From assembly GCF_035084215.1 (NCBI RefSeq), contig NC_090341.1:24986001-25050000 (forward strand): DNA of 64,000 nucleotides, written 5' to 3'. Every line of letters begins with the position of its first letter. The first letter of the stretch is position 1. Under the pieces are notes generated by a model that ran no database searches, had not been told where the DNA came from, and saw only the letters and a program-made list of their open reading frames with translations. This document shows, piece by piece, positions 1 through 13,011 of this stretch. The position numbers and the translations under genes were made by a program. The DNA is from Heptranchias perlo. Lineage: Eukaryota.

Positions 1-1384
1 ATGTTCAGGATCTATTGCTCCATTTCAATGCAAACTAAAGAGTTTTTTGTCACCTCAGGTAGAGTCGAGCAGCAGTTAGTAAGAGTGATTTCTTTCAGGG
101 TGCCTAACTTTTACTGGATTAGACTATCTGTGTTTCCACAGTTTTTTTAACGTAATATGGGCCAGATTTCTAAGACGTCTCTTCACACACCACATGAGCA
201 GTGGCTGTCAGCTTATAGAGGACAGCTGTGCCTCACAAATCAAGATTTGATAGCTCAGGGTTTGCGTGTTTTTTTTAATCTGCCTGAAGTTCAGTGGACA
301 AAAATAAACCTGCCTGCTGAAATCCAGGGCAAATGTTAAATTATTTGTACATGTTAGCCATGCTCTAACAAACCTATTGAATTATATAAGATCACACGTG
401 GTTTTCAATGTGCATTGATCCTGATTTGAGGTAATGACCTGTATAATATCTGGATGAGTAACCCAGGCTGTCAGTCTGGCCGGGCATGAGACTGCAGCAT
501 GTTATTTAAATGAGGCCCTGCCGTTAAGATCAACGAGGCCTCCAAGTCCCCAGCCTACCTGGATTTTCCATGTGCTACCGTGCTCCCCCCACCCTCCCCA
601 TTAATATCGGGGCCATTAAAACAGGACCGGTGCTCTAACAGTGTGCTAACTTTGGCTGGTATTACATATTTTTAATTCTTATCCAACAGCACTGAGTAAA
701 AACAATCTTAAGCCATGCTTGTTAAATGTTTGTAGGGTAAATTTTTCAAATGGGGTTATCCATTCTACTGGCTGGATTCGGGCATGTGGGGAATGGGAAA
801 TTGGAATGTCATTGCTTTCATTCGTTCCCCACTGGAAGCATCCCATTTCAATCTTCTACTTTGGCCGTATGCCCAAGTAATCCATTCCCGCCCATTCTGC
901 ATGTGAGCTTAATTTAACAGGCATCCCCCGTGCATCTTCCATCTATTCTGCCCAAAGTTAATTCTCCCTATGCAGACCAGACGTAAAAGGTAATCTGCAT
1001 CAGTAATGTAGATATTAAAGCAGCGCAGGCTTTTTTATTTAGGCTATTTTGGATGGATTTTGCCTAGTTTTGCAGAACAGAATGTGGAGGAAACATGCAA
1101 ACTGAATCTTTGTTTCAAGCATCCCAGGGAACCTCACTGTAAGCAATATATAACCAAGACTTCATTAAACAGGAAGATTCTTAAAGAAGTAGGGATCTGT
1201 AAAATGTCTCCTAAAGTACTAACTTCCATCCTCGGAGGTGTGCCACTGCATCTAACTGGAAGCTACAGAGAATAGTGATGTTTGGCAGGTCAATGTAAAT
1301 TATTGCTAAAATTGCTTTGAACCTATTTCATGTTTTAACTGGTACAACATGAAGAAAGGCACCTTAATAAAATGAAATGAGGCT

Positions 1385-2150
1385 TTTTATTAGGAAGAAT
1401 GAGGAGAGGCAATAGAAAGTAAATGGTACAATTTTAAAGGGGGTGCAGGATCAGACAGACCTGAGGGCGTACGTACACAAATATTTGATGGTGGCAGATC
1501 AAGTTGAGAAGACTGTTCAAAAGGCATACGGGATGCTTGGCTTTATAAACAGAGGCCTAGAGAACAAAAGCAAGGAAGTCACGCTGAACCTTTATAAATC
1601 ACTGGAGTATTGTGTCCAATTGTGGGTACCACACTTTAGGAAGGATGTCAAGGCCTTAGAGAGGTTACGGAGGAGATTTACTAGAATGGTACCAGGGATG
1701 AGGGACGTCAGTTATGTGGAGGGATTGGAGAAGCTGGGGTTATTCTCCTTAGAGCAGAGAAGATTAAGGGGAGATTTAATAAAGGTGTTCAAAATCATGA
1801 TGGGTTTTGATGGTGTAAATAAGGAGAAACTGTTTCCAGTGGCAGAAGGGTCGCTAACCAGAGCACACAGATTTAAGGTAATTAACAAAAAGAACCAGAG
1901 GCAGATGAGGAGGAATTTTTTTACACAGCGAGTTGTTATGATCTGGAATGCACTGCCTGAAAGGGTGGTGGCAGCAGATTCAATAATAACTTCCAAAAAC
2001 GAATTGGATAAATACTTAAAGGGGAAAAATTTGCAGAGCAAGAGCAAGGGAATGGGACTGATTGGATAATTGGATAGCTTTTTCAAAAAGCCCGTACAGG
2101 CACGATGGGCTGAATGGCTTGTTTCTGTGCTGTATCATTCTATAATTCTA
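1385..2150 (+). mobile_element. CR1 (HER1-like) LINE 3' fragment
   Basis: ORF 1443-2069 has C-terminal CR1 motifs (LEYCVQLW, RRLRGDLI, FFTQRVV..WNALP). Tail is gggctgaatggc..tctgtgctgtatcattctat. Confidence 0.92.
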
Positions 2151-2329
2151 TCTGCAACAGCACCAAGAGGTTCCCTGGACAAAATGTTATGGAAATATTG
2201 CACTGCAAGTGTTCAGTGCCTGTGTGTTCAGAGTTTCTTTTCACTCTGTTGTACAACCCTTTCATTTATGTTTTGTGTGCTCTGTATCCTAATCTTGAGC
2301 TCTTAGGTGCTCTCACAGGGGCAGGTATA

Positions 2330-2900
2330 AGCGAGGGAGGTGGCTGGCTGCTGGCTGTCAGTGGAGACCTTTGGGGATTGAAATGGCCCTTTGATTCCTC
2401 ATACTGAGCTATGAGGTATCCTTACAAATTATTCCACCAAGTCCACATCAGTGTGGCTGCCTGATCCAACCTACATTCTGCCATACCTTCTGTCATTTGG
2501 GGTGGGGTGCTGGAGGGGTCATATATGGCATTATCCTGATAGCTAGCTAGTCATGTCCCTGCTGCTGGGCACATCTTCTGTGTGGGAGCAGACATCTGGG
2601 CAACAACAGGGGCTGTGACACCTTGAATAATGGTTCTCTTCATCCAGTCCCCCAATAATGCAGCTTCCTGCACAGCTGTACTTCTCCCCACTTGGAGGAT
2701 GCTTGGCACATCCTCTAATGGCTAGAAGCAATGTTGGTTCTCAGATGGCATCCTTCTTTTAAATGCAGGCCCTTTGAGGTCCAAGTCACAGCTCTATGAC
2801 TGAAGAAGGTCCTCTGGGCAGCAGGTTCTTTTCCCCCTTCTGCCATCACCACAACCATCATCTGCTCCTACTCACTCTTACGCTATGTGTCACCCAATGC
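2330..2900 (-). mobile_element. Heavily decayed Harbinger-like transposase remnant
   Basis: Minus-strand fragments resemble the GWLLGD..Y, MTP and ..VE..I.IL motifs, with many lesions. Confidence 0.35.
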
Positions 2901-4059
2901 ACCCACATCAGACTGAATATCTACATCCCCTGGGGTGGATGTACCTGCTCTGGTGCTTGCAACAGGTGGCATGACTGATGCAGGTTGTTGAGAAGTGCTG
3001 GCCTTTTGGGAGGCTTTGAAAGCAGCAACTGCTTCTTAACAAACACCTATAAAATGATAAGAACACGGCCTCATGATACCCTTTCAAATACTGTTCACGC
3101 CAAAATATACTATGTGACATTGTATAGTGTTTGAGTATTTTCCTGGGGGCAGTGAGTGTAAGTGCATTGTACTTCATGCCAGTGATTGCCAATTTGGCCT
3201 GTTTGAAGGAACTCAGGGCTTAGTGGTACAGGGTCATCTTCCCATGTGCGTCAGCTCCTTTCTGTTATGCGCCACCTTATTTTACAAGCAGAGAAGCAGC
3301 TTTGTATAATTAATCTACTCCTGTATTTTGTAACTTATGTTTTTGAATATCATAGAATTATGAATTAATTAATTTAAAAAGGCGCATTTCTGAGATTTCA
3401 TATACTACAGAACATAAATTCACTCACAAATCTACTCAGTTATGTTTCTATTTCATTTTTACGAATCAAGTGTTACTTCCCAGTTTCAATATATTGATCT
3501 ATCATCCACACTGAGCAGAAGGGCACGTTCCCTGATCTTTAACTGTTGCTTGGTGGCAGCTCATTATTTTCTTCTTCTTCAGCTGTCATCAAAGCTGCTT
3601 TGCTGTTTTCAGCATGCCAAGCTCCAGGCTTCTTGTATATCAGTTGCCTTCTCTAGTTTGCAGCTGCCCATCTCGTGTCCTTGCTATAACTGGAAACCTG
3701 CACATGGGTAAGCCATCCATGAATTCAATGCTAGAAATATCTGTCTGTCAGCAAATGCTTTAGATTTGATTTCATTGTACACGCACAAAAACAACCAGCA
3801 TGAATTTTTAAAACAACATAGTTTATTCAGATTAATATAAACACACTGCCTATGAAGTTGCATGTTATATTCTTTGTAGTTCCTTTGGGTGTAATTAGAC
3901 AGACATAAACATTTTAAAATAGATTTGTAACACTGAGTTGAATAGCACTCAGGACACAAATGATAGCTAATTATTTATTTTAATGAGTGCACATTAGGAT
4001 GTAGTTACATGAATTCCCCCGGAGAAAACACTCAATAAAATATTGTTGTCTAAAGAATT

Positions 4060-4250
4060 TGGTGTAGATTTTCATCTTCACCACTTGGGTGATAAACTGG
4101 CAGAGTGGATGGCCTGCTGTTTATATAACCCGCCCGATTTCCATTTGCACTGTAATCAATGGCAATGCAAATTGGGCAAGTTCAATAACGAACGGGTGAT
4201 CTGCTCCGCCAGGTTACCTCCCAGGGGATGAAGTTGAAAATTACCCCCAT
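4060..4250. mobile_element. Hairpin MITE (partial relatives at ~58290-58385 and ~61610-61680)
   Basis: Self-complementary, with termini gtagattttcatcttca / tgaagttgaaaattaccc and a central ccatt...aatgg. Confidence 0.6.
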
Positions 4251-4689
4251 TGGATCTTATTTCCTAATGGCATGGGATAATCCTCTAATTCATATTTTAT
4301 TAATCATGTTATCTACTCATGGCGTTAGCCCATATTAGAGTAGCTTTAGTCAGAGAATCAAATGACAGCAGTGAAAAAGCATCTTCAGTCAGCAGCTTTT
4401 TGAAACAGCAAAAGCACTCTCCACAGCAGTTCCTCGTAACCTCGCTAAGTGACCAGAGCCGATTCTACATCATGTCCTGTTGGTAAAGTAACGGGGGTTT
4501 AATTTACAGAAAAGCAACAACCCGACAATACAGAACCATCTTTCAAAAGAGCTCTGTTCTGTAAACCCACTGTAAACTAGAATCTTGCTACGGTCATAAA
4601 GTCCAAGCATACAACATGATTGGTTTTGTGTGATTTTTGGCAGTAAAAAGATCTAGACATGCCAGTGATTAATATAGTTATTGTCAGCC

Positions 4690-5130
4690 GCAACTCAGTG
4701 GTGGCACTCCCCCTCTGAGTCAGAAGGTCATGGGGTCAAGCCCCACTCCAGAAACTTGAGCATATAATCAAGGCTGACACTTCAGTACTGAGGTAATGCT
4801 GCACTGTCGGAGATGCCGTCCTTTGGATGAGATATTAAACCGAGGCCCCATCTGCCCTCTCAAGTGGATGTAAAAGATTCCATGGCACTTTTTGAAGTAG
4901 AGCAGGGGAGTCTTGGCCAACATTTAACCCTCAACGAACATCACTAAAAAACAGATTATCTGGTCATTTATTTCATTGCTGTTTGTGGGACCTTGCTGTG
5001 TGCAAAGTGGCTGCCACGTTCCCTGCATTACAACAGTGACTATACTTCAAAAAGTACTTCATTGGCTGTAAAGTGCTTTGGGATGTCCAGAGGTCACAAA
5101 AGCCACTATATAAATGCAAGTTCTTTCTTT
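4690..5130 (+). mobile_element. Deu-domain SINE (SacSINE1/AmnSINE-related)
   Basis: tRNA-like head, Deu core (gccgtc.tt.ggatgag..ttaaaccgaggcccc..aaaagat.ccatggcact) and L2-like tail ctatataaatgcaagt. Confidence 0.88.
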
Positions 5131-5987
5131 TTAACTTAAATTCTTTTGTATTCTTGCAATTCATTTTTAAGAATTGACAAAAAAAATGAAGTTCCAGCCT
5201 CTTCCTTTGCTCTTACCCAGCCTGTTTGTGATGATCACAGTAGTTTGCCCCTTTTTGTTCATCATGACTTTCATTACAGAATACATTATGCATTCTTCTT
5301 CTGTCACTCTGGATATTCAGCCCTTCTTTCCTATTACCTTCATCCTGTCTGCTGTAATTTCTGCCCAGTGAGCTGGAAACCCTTTGTGAGTTCTCCTTTC
5401 TCTGCCATAGAGCTGTTGATATGTTCTTTCTGAACTCACCAGACTCCATTTCAAAAGACATAGTTGAGGAAATGAAAAGCTTGTAAAAACATAGGCTTTA
5501 GAACTGCAGTGGTGCTGATTGAATGGTGTTAATAGAAGCTGTTACCAGTATTTTGGGGAGTAGTGTTAGATCTAGTCACATGTCCAAGTATCCAAGGGGT
5601 AGTTGACATTCCAATTCCACAGCATAGATACGATCAAAAGAGTTCAAATGAAAAATCCTGTCATTAAAGGCCCATATTACATCACTGAGATTTTGGCATT
5701 TGTCTTGAACACCATTACAGAGAAATGTATGTTCTCATAGATAAACAAATACCACAAACATTGCCAATTTTGTAGATCGTATCTTACAGTCATCACTATT
5801 TTCATGGCGGTATTAACTCACTTAAATAAACAGCTTAATAACACCCATTAAAACAATGTACAAGGGAATGTCATACATATACGTTAAGCATTCATCCATT
5901 AGTAATACCAACAGTAATTTCTATCTTAATGCGGTCTCTTACCTTAAAATGCAATTCATTTAATTTTCACATTGTCTGCAAGAGATG

Positions 5988-8900
5988 TAGAATCATAGAA
6001 TCATAGAAAGGTTACAGCACGGAAGGAGGCCATTCGGCTGATCGAGTCCGTGCCTGCTCTATGCAAGAGCAATCCAGCTAGTTCCACTCCCCCACCCTAT
6101 CCCAGTAGCCCTGCATTTTTCCTTTAAAGTACTTATCCAGTTCCCTTTTGAAAGCCACGATTGAATCTGCCTCCACCACCCGCCCTGGCAGTGCATTCCA
6201 GATCCTAACCACATGCTGCGTAAAAAAGTTTTTCTGCATGTCACCTTTGGTTCTTTTGCCAATCACCTTAAATCTATGTCCTCTGGTTCTTGACCCTTCT
6301 GCCAATGGGAACATTTTCTCTCTATCTAAGCTGTCTAGACCCTTCATGATTTTAAATACCTCTATCAAATCTCCTCTCAACCTTCTCTGCTCCAAGGAGA
6401 ACAACCCCAACTTCTCCAGTCTATTCACGTAACCAAAGTCCCTCATCCCTGGAATCATTCTAGTAAAACTTTTCTGCACCCTCTCTAAGGCCTTCACATC
6501 TTTCCTAAAGTGCGGAACTGGACACAATACTCCAGTTGTGCCCGAACCAGTGTTTTATAAAGGTTCATCATGACTTCCTTACTTTTGTACTCTGAGCCTC
6601 TATTTATAAAGCCCAAGATCCTGTATGCTTTTTGAACTACTTTCTCAACCTGCCCTGCCACCTTCAACAATTTGTGCAAATATATCCCCAGATCTCTCTG
6701 TTCCTGTAGCCCTTTTAGAATTGTGCCCTCTAGTTTATAGTGCCTCTCCTCATTCTTAGTCATTAATATATATCAAGAAAAACAGTGGTCCTAGTACCAA
6801 CCCCTGGGGAACACCACTGTACGCCTCCCTCCAATGTGAAAAACAACCGTTCACCACTACTCTCTGCTTCCTGTTACTTAGCCAATTTTGTATCCATGCT
6901 GCTATTGGCCCCTTTATTCCATGGGCTTCAATCTTGATGACAAGCCTATTATGCGGCACTTCATCAAACGCTTTTTGAAAGTCCATGTACACCATATCAA
7001 CCACACTGCCCTCATCGACCCTTTCTGTTACCTCATCAAAAAACTCTATCAAGTTAGTTAAACACAATTTGCAGTTAACAAATCCGTGCTGGCTTTCCCT
7101 ATAGAACCATAGAAAAGATACAGCACAGAAGGGGGCTATTCGGTCCATCGTGTCCGCGCCGGCTCGAAGAACAACCAGGTGCCCTTTCTAATCCCACCTT
7201 CCAGCACCCGGTCCGTAGCCCTACAGCTTGCAGCACTTTAGGTGCAGGTCCAGGTACTTTTTAAAAGAGTTGAGGGTCCTTGCCTCTACCACCAATTTGG
7301 GCAGCGAATTCCATACACCCACCACCCTCTGGGTAAAAACGTTTTTCCTCATGTCCCCTCTAATCCTTCCACCAATCAGCTTAAATCTATGTCCTCTAGT
7401 TCTTGAACTCTCCACCAGGGGAAACAGGTACTTCCTGTCTACTCTATCTAGGCCCCTCATAATTTTGTACACCTTAATCAAGTCTCCCCTCAGCCTCCTC
7501 TGCTCCAAGGCAAACAACCCCAGCCTATCCAATCTCTCCTCGTAGCTGCAATTTTCAAGCCCAGGCAACATTCTTGTAAATCTTCTCTGCACTCTCTCCA
7601 CAGCAATTACGTCCTTCCTATAATGTGACCAGAACTGCACACAATACTCCAGCTGTGGCCTTACCAGCATTTTATACAGTTCCATCATTACATCCCTGCT
7701 TTTGTATTCTATACCTCAGCTAATAACGGAGAGCATTCAGTATGCCTTCTTCACAACCTTATCTACCTCTACTGCCACCTTCAGGGACCAGTGCACATGC
7801 ACTCCAAGGTCTCTCACTTCCTCTACCCCTCTCAATATATTCCCGTTTACTATGTATTCCCTTTTACTGTTTGCCCTCCCTAAGTGCATTACCTCACACT
7901 TCTCTGGGTTGAACTCCATTTGCCACTTTTCCACCCACTCCATCAACTCATTGATACCTTCTTGGAGTCTACAGCTATCCTCTTCACTATCAACTACACG
8001 GCCAATTTTTGTGTCGTCTGCAAATTTGCCAATCATGCCCCCTACATTCAAGTCCAAATCATTAATATATACCACAAACAGCCAGGGACCCATCACTGAG
8101 CCCTGTGGCACACCACTGGAAATGGATTTCCATTCGCAAAGACCCTGTCTTTGTCCCTAATCAATCCATACTTGTCCTTCCCTCATCAATTCACACTTGT
8201 CCAAGTGACTTCTAATTCTGTCCCAGATTATCGTTTCTAAAAGTTTCCCCACCACCAAGGTTAAACTGACTGGCCTATAGTTGCTGGGTTTATCCTTACA
8301 CCCTTTTTTGAACAAGGGTGTAACATTTGCAATTCTCCAGTCCTCTGGCACCACCCCAGTATCTATGACGTTTGGAAGATTATGGCCAGTACCGCCGCAA
8401 TTTCCACCCTTACTTCCTTCAGCAACCTAGGATGCATCCCATCTGGACCGGGTGACTTATCTACTTTAAGTACAGCCAGCCTTTCTAGTAGCTCCTCTTT
8501 ATCAATTATTAGCCCATCCAGTATCTCAACTATATCTTCCTTTACTGAAATTCTGGTAGCATCTTCTTCCTTGGTAAAGACAGATGCAAAGTACTCATTA
8601 AGTACCTCGGCCTGCCCTCTGCCTCCATGAGTAGATCTCCTTTTCGGTCCCTAATCGGCCCCACCCCTCCTCTTATGACCCGTTTACTGTTTACATGCCT
8701 ATAGAAGACTTTGGATTCCCTTTTATGTTAGCCGCCAGTGTTTTCTCATACTCTCTCTTTGCCCCACTTGTTTCCTTTTTCACTTCCCCTCTGAACTTTC
8801 TATATTCAGCCTGGTTTTCACTTCTGTTATCAACCTGATATCTGTCATATGCCCCTTCTTTCTGCTTCATCTTACTCTCTATCTCTTTTGTCATCCAGGG

Positions 8901-9125
8901 AGCTCTAGCTTTAGTTGCCCTACCTTTCTCCCTCGTGGGAATGTACCTAGACTGTACCTGAACCATATCCTCCATAAAGGCCGCCCATTTTTCAATTACA
9001 GTTTTGCCTGCCAATCTTTGATTCTAGTTTACCCGGGCCAGATCACTTCTCATCGCACTGAAATTGTCCCTTCTCTAATTGAGTATTTTTACTTTAGAGT
9101 GGTCCATGTCCTTTTCCATAGCTAT
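5988..9125 (-). mobile_element. CR1 LINE (5'-truncated), interrupted by a second CR1 at ~7101-8150
   Basis: RT motifs on minus-strand ORFs (VPEDWRIANVTPLFKKG, DFQKAFD, GVPQG..LGP). The (ttctatga)n tail is at 5988-6010. Confidence 0.95.
7101..8150 (-). mobile_element. Nested CR1 of a different subfamily
   Basis: Has its own 3' tail at 7101 (atagaaccatagaaaagatacagcacagaag) and RT YINDL/KFADDTK. The host resumes at tccctaatcaatcc. Confidence 0.9.
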
Positions 9126-9549
9126 GTGAGGAGTAACTTTCTTACATTACCCAGTGGCAGGGAGTGAAAATCAAAAATTTGGGCACGTGCAGCACCTGAA
9201 TGATTAGAAAATTGTGAGCTGCGTGCACCTGAATTTCCAACGCACATTCTGGCGGGCAAGGTGCACAAACCAGGAGTGGAAAATTACCCCTGTGGTCTAC
9301 AGAATTAACAGTGTTTGAGATACTTGTTCATAAATTGCAACATCCAAAATGTCAGCTATATGGAAACCAACATTGGACTTTGTTTCTATTTGTCGATCGC
9401 CCGAGGCATTACACATGAGAGTCATGACCAAGTGTAGTCTTTGGGTGTAGTGGGGTTAGAGGCTTGGGGATAATAGAGCCAGGGCACACAGATGTAATTC
9501 AGTCACCATTTTAGAGTCCTACAATTTGTCCTTATTTTTATATTTCCAT

Positions 9550-9720
9550 TATAAATTCCTATGTCCACATTTATAATGGAAACTATCTCTGTAAACTTGT
9601 CACGCTGGAATTACACCTTCCCACCAGCGGAGGTGCTGCAGTGTCACCACTGATAGAAGGGTATAATTACATTGTGACAAGTTTACATAGGCAGTTTCCA
9701 TTATGAATTGGACATAAAAG
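9550..9720. repeat. Imperfect ~70-bp-arm inverted repeat (old palindromic element)
   Basis: Left arm tatgtcca..ataatggaaact..tgtaaacttgtcac pairs with right arm gtgacaagtttaca..agtttccattat..tggacata. Confidence 0.8.
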
Positions 9721-10019
9721 TTTACAAAGGAAAAAAAGTTGACAGGAAGTGTGTACCAACATAAGGTTTTTAATATATTATAGAGTATTTGTTGTTACAT
9801 TATGTGCAAAATAAATATTTAACCTTTTGCTGCTAAGAATGTCAGGAATTTCCATTATACTGATGGCGATTGGCTGGATAGTTCTTATACAATTACTTTG
9901 AAAAGGGTTCATCTTTTTACATCTTATTTGGACAAGGCTGACAGTAATACAGACTGGATCTTGCCCATTGCAGGAATTAATTAAGAAACCAGTCACATTT
10001 AGACAATATATAGTGCTGT

Positions 10020-10270
10020 ACGTCCATTCATTGATCAAAATCATTCCATCCTGTGTCATTACCATTCCCAACCCACTAAGCCATCAGCCCCTAGCAGGGA
10101 TCCCTCAGAAGTCAGATTAATGAGATGCTGAATTGGAGGCAGGTGTGGACAAAGCATGATCTTAAACATCTCCAAAAGGGATGAGAAGGAGGAGTTAGAT
10201 GGGATGGCTATATTTATTTGCTCAAGATCTAAGAACAAGGTTTGGATTCTGGTGCTGACTAGTGATAAAC
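10020..10270 (-). mobile_element. Decayed L2-like LINE RT fragment
   Basis: The minus frame resembles LDP..NYRPIS.L.F.S.LLE; highly diverged. Confidence 0.45.
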
Positions 10271-10691
10271 ACAACAAATACATTAGTTGACAAAATCAGA
10301 ATATAGTATTGAATGTATATACTGGTGATGATACAGGCATTGTTTTTTAATGAGCCACAGAGCCCCCCCACCGATGGACCTTCACAATTAAGTATATCTC
10401 CTGATAACCATTGGTTACACCTGAAGAATATACTTGAACAAGATCTCAGAGCCACTGGCACCTGTGTAAGCCATACTTCAACATAGATTGATCTTTTCAG
10501 GAAATGAAAAGCAAGGGGAGAATATTTGGAGAGGTAAAAAGGCCACAGTTCCTGCAAAATGTGGGTGAAAGGTTATGTTAAGACACCCAGACTTTGAGAA
10601 GCTTGTTACAAGAATAGGTTCTGAAAATGTTATATGCTTCCAAAATCGAATCCCAGTGTTCAGAGATAGAAATGATTAAAAAAGACTTACT

Positions 10692-11306
10692 GGTTCTAAA
10701 TTTAAATTGATGGGTCTAAAACGGGCTCAATGATAACTAATTTAGCAGGGCAGAGGCCCGCGCCCAGCATTCGGGCCACTGCTAAATGAGTCAGGCTGTT
10801 TTTAGGTGGCCCCGGCGGCCACCTGAAATGAGTGCAGGCCACATTGAAATGAGGCTCCTGCATTCATTTCCCACCCTGATTGGTAAATTTGTTTACACTA
10901 GTCAGATCTTGCGATGCACAAGCTCTCGTGAGCAACCTAACCAGCAGTCCTTAAAGGGACTGCTGGATGCCGCTCAATAAAAGACCCCAAAACTTCCGAA
11001 ATGTTGTTTTTTGTGGAGTCGGAAGGAACAGGAGTGCTCCTGACTCCACAAAACAACTGGGGATCGCCTTTGCCCCACTTCCACTCGCCACCCCATCAGG
11101 CTTACCTGTGGGCCTTGGAGCAAGGCAAAATTGGTAAGGCCTCAATAGACAAGCTGCGTCGGGGCACCTGATTGGCATCCGCAGCTCACCTGAATTATTA
11201 TAATTTTAGTTTTTAGTTCAGTCCTCGGGCCTGTCCGTTGTGGTGCAGTGTCGCTGTGTGCTGCTGGAATCGTGGCCGGTTTGCAGCATTCAGAAATTTA
11301 GGCCCC
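10692..11306. mobile_element. GC-rich Harbinger-like MITE
   Basis: Termini ggttctaaattt / aaatttaggcccc; central ttttgtggagtc..gactccacaaaa hairpin. Confidence 0.65.
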
Positions 11307-11463
11307 GTTGTATCAGTTGAAACCTATTGATAAAAATTGACATTCACACCTTTATTCCAAATATAATTATCAAAGTTGAATATCTGTTAAGAATAGATGT
11401 GCATTAGTGTATGATGAAAATGAACATCAGGTAGTTGAGCTATATTCTTCTGCTTTTTAACAG

Positions 11464-11525
11464 CTGTAGGTATTCAGATGAAATTGGAGTTTTTCCAAAA
11501 GAAGTTCTGGACTGCAAGTCGACAG
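11464..11525 (+). CDS. CACNA2D3: CACNA2D3 internal exon (~human exon 28), 62 nt: (A)VGIQMKLEFFQKKFWTASRQ
   Basis: Acceptor ttttaacag and donor gtgagc. The peptide matches alpha2delta-3 AVGIQMKLEFFQRKFWTASRQ as recalled, and the phase fits the next exon. Confidence 0.96.
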
Positions 11526-13011
11526 GTGAGCTTATTATATCAACATTTATGTTCCCAATTTTGCTGCAAAAGATGTTTCAAATTAATTTTTATTTTTATA
11601 TAACTTTTGCAAACCACATGTTGGTCAAAATCAGGTTACATTTGTGACACTTCATTATAGCAATGACTTTTTAATTTTGAATAAATTGTGTGTCATAGCA
11701 CCATTAAATCAATCTGTTCAAATTCTAATTAATCTCTAGAAGTACATCATGTCAAATAGTATAACAAACATATAATACTTTATTTTAAAGAATGCATATT
11801 GTAAGCTATAAAAATAAATACACAAATTTAACAACCTCGGAACTGAAATAGTAGAAGTTGCCCAATGAATTAAATACAGTATACACCAGGATATTGTGCA
11901 TTGAGGGTCTTATCACATTGAAAATCAAAGTTAAGGCTGTAATACACAGAAAAGGCTGTTAATCGGGAAACTGTGGCATATAAGTTATTTCACTATTAGC
12001 TAAGATAAATTGCCACTGTTAAGACAAACTTTTTTTAAAACATAGAAATATAGACAAATTTCCATTAAAATGCCCAAATCATTCGCTATTATCTCAAGAA
12101 TCAGTGAGGCAATTTTCATTTCCATAGACAACCAAACTTGATGACTTGCTCTGTTTCCTGGTTGTTGCCTGTTAGCTTGACAGGGATTAAGTCAGCTTGC
12201 CTGTTATGGTACAAATTGGTCAATTTGTACCAAAATCAATTATATTTGATTTCAGGAATGTCTGCAATGATTGGTGGCTTTAGTAACAAGTAATTATGGT
12301 TTATATTCCAGCTAATTATATCCAAACTCCACTCAGACCTAGAAACGTATAGTCTCTACTCCAGCTAAAAATCATTTCCCATTTGTTTTTCCAACCCTTT
12401 CAAACTAAAGCAACACTTATTTTTATCTTGACATGGACTCCCTCTCCATTCCTGCTGAGTCATATGTTTGGTACAAGCTAATGCAAGTACACTGAAGGTG
12501 CATTGAAGTAATCCTAAAACACTGGAAGATAATTAAAGGGAAGAGACACCAAAAGCCAGCATGACTCATGATCATAAATGTACATGTGACAACCAAAGGT
12601 ATCCAGGACTTATATGTTTTCTTCTGTTTACTGCAAAAGAATGATCAAGCAATGTTAAATCAAGCCATACTGTATATCTAAATATCCAATGAATATTTAA
12701 AAATTAAATTAGAGACATAAGAAAAACAGTGCCTATTATAGGCTGCCCAAATTATAATAGATGTTGGTGCAGTATTGCTCTGTCACTATTTAGTAAATGC
12801 TGTATCATATATTATTTATATGGCATACTAAATATAGCTAGAGGAATAACATTACAGCACTAATGTTTTACTCACTATGGAACCTTGAATGTGATACTGC
12901 ACTTCTGCAGATTTGATATGAGAGTCTGAGTAAACTCATAATTTCAGAATTTTACAGGGTCAGATTTGACAAGTGGCACATTAGGGAAATGTTTACTCAT
13001 CCAGACTTTTT

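Noticed and set aside
1-11463. Nested antisense LRTM1 (in this intron in human, as recalled)
   Set aside because: I found no LRR-coding exon on the minus strand. It is probably upstream of the window; a non-coding first exon cannot be excluded.
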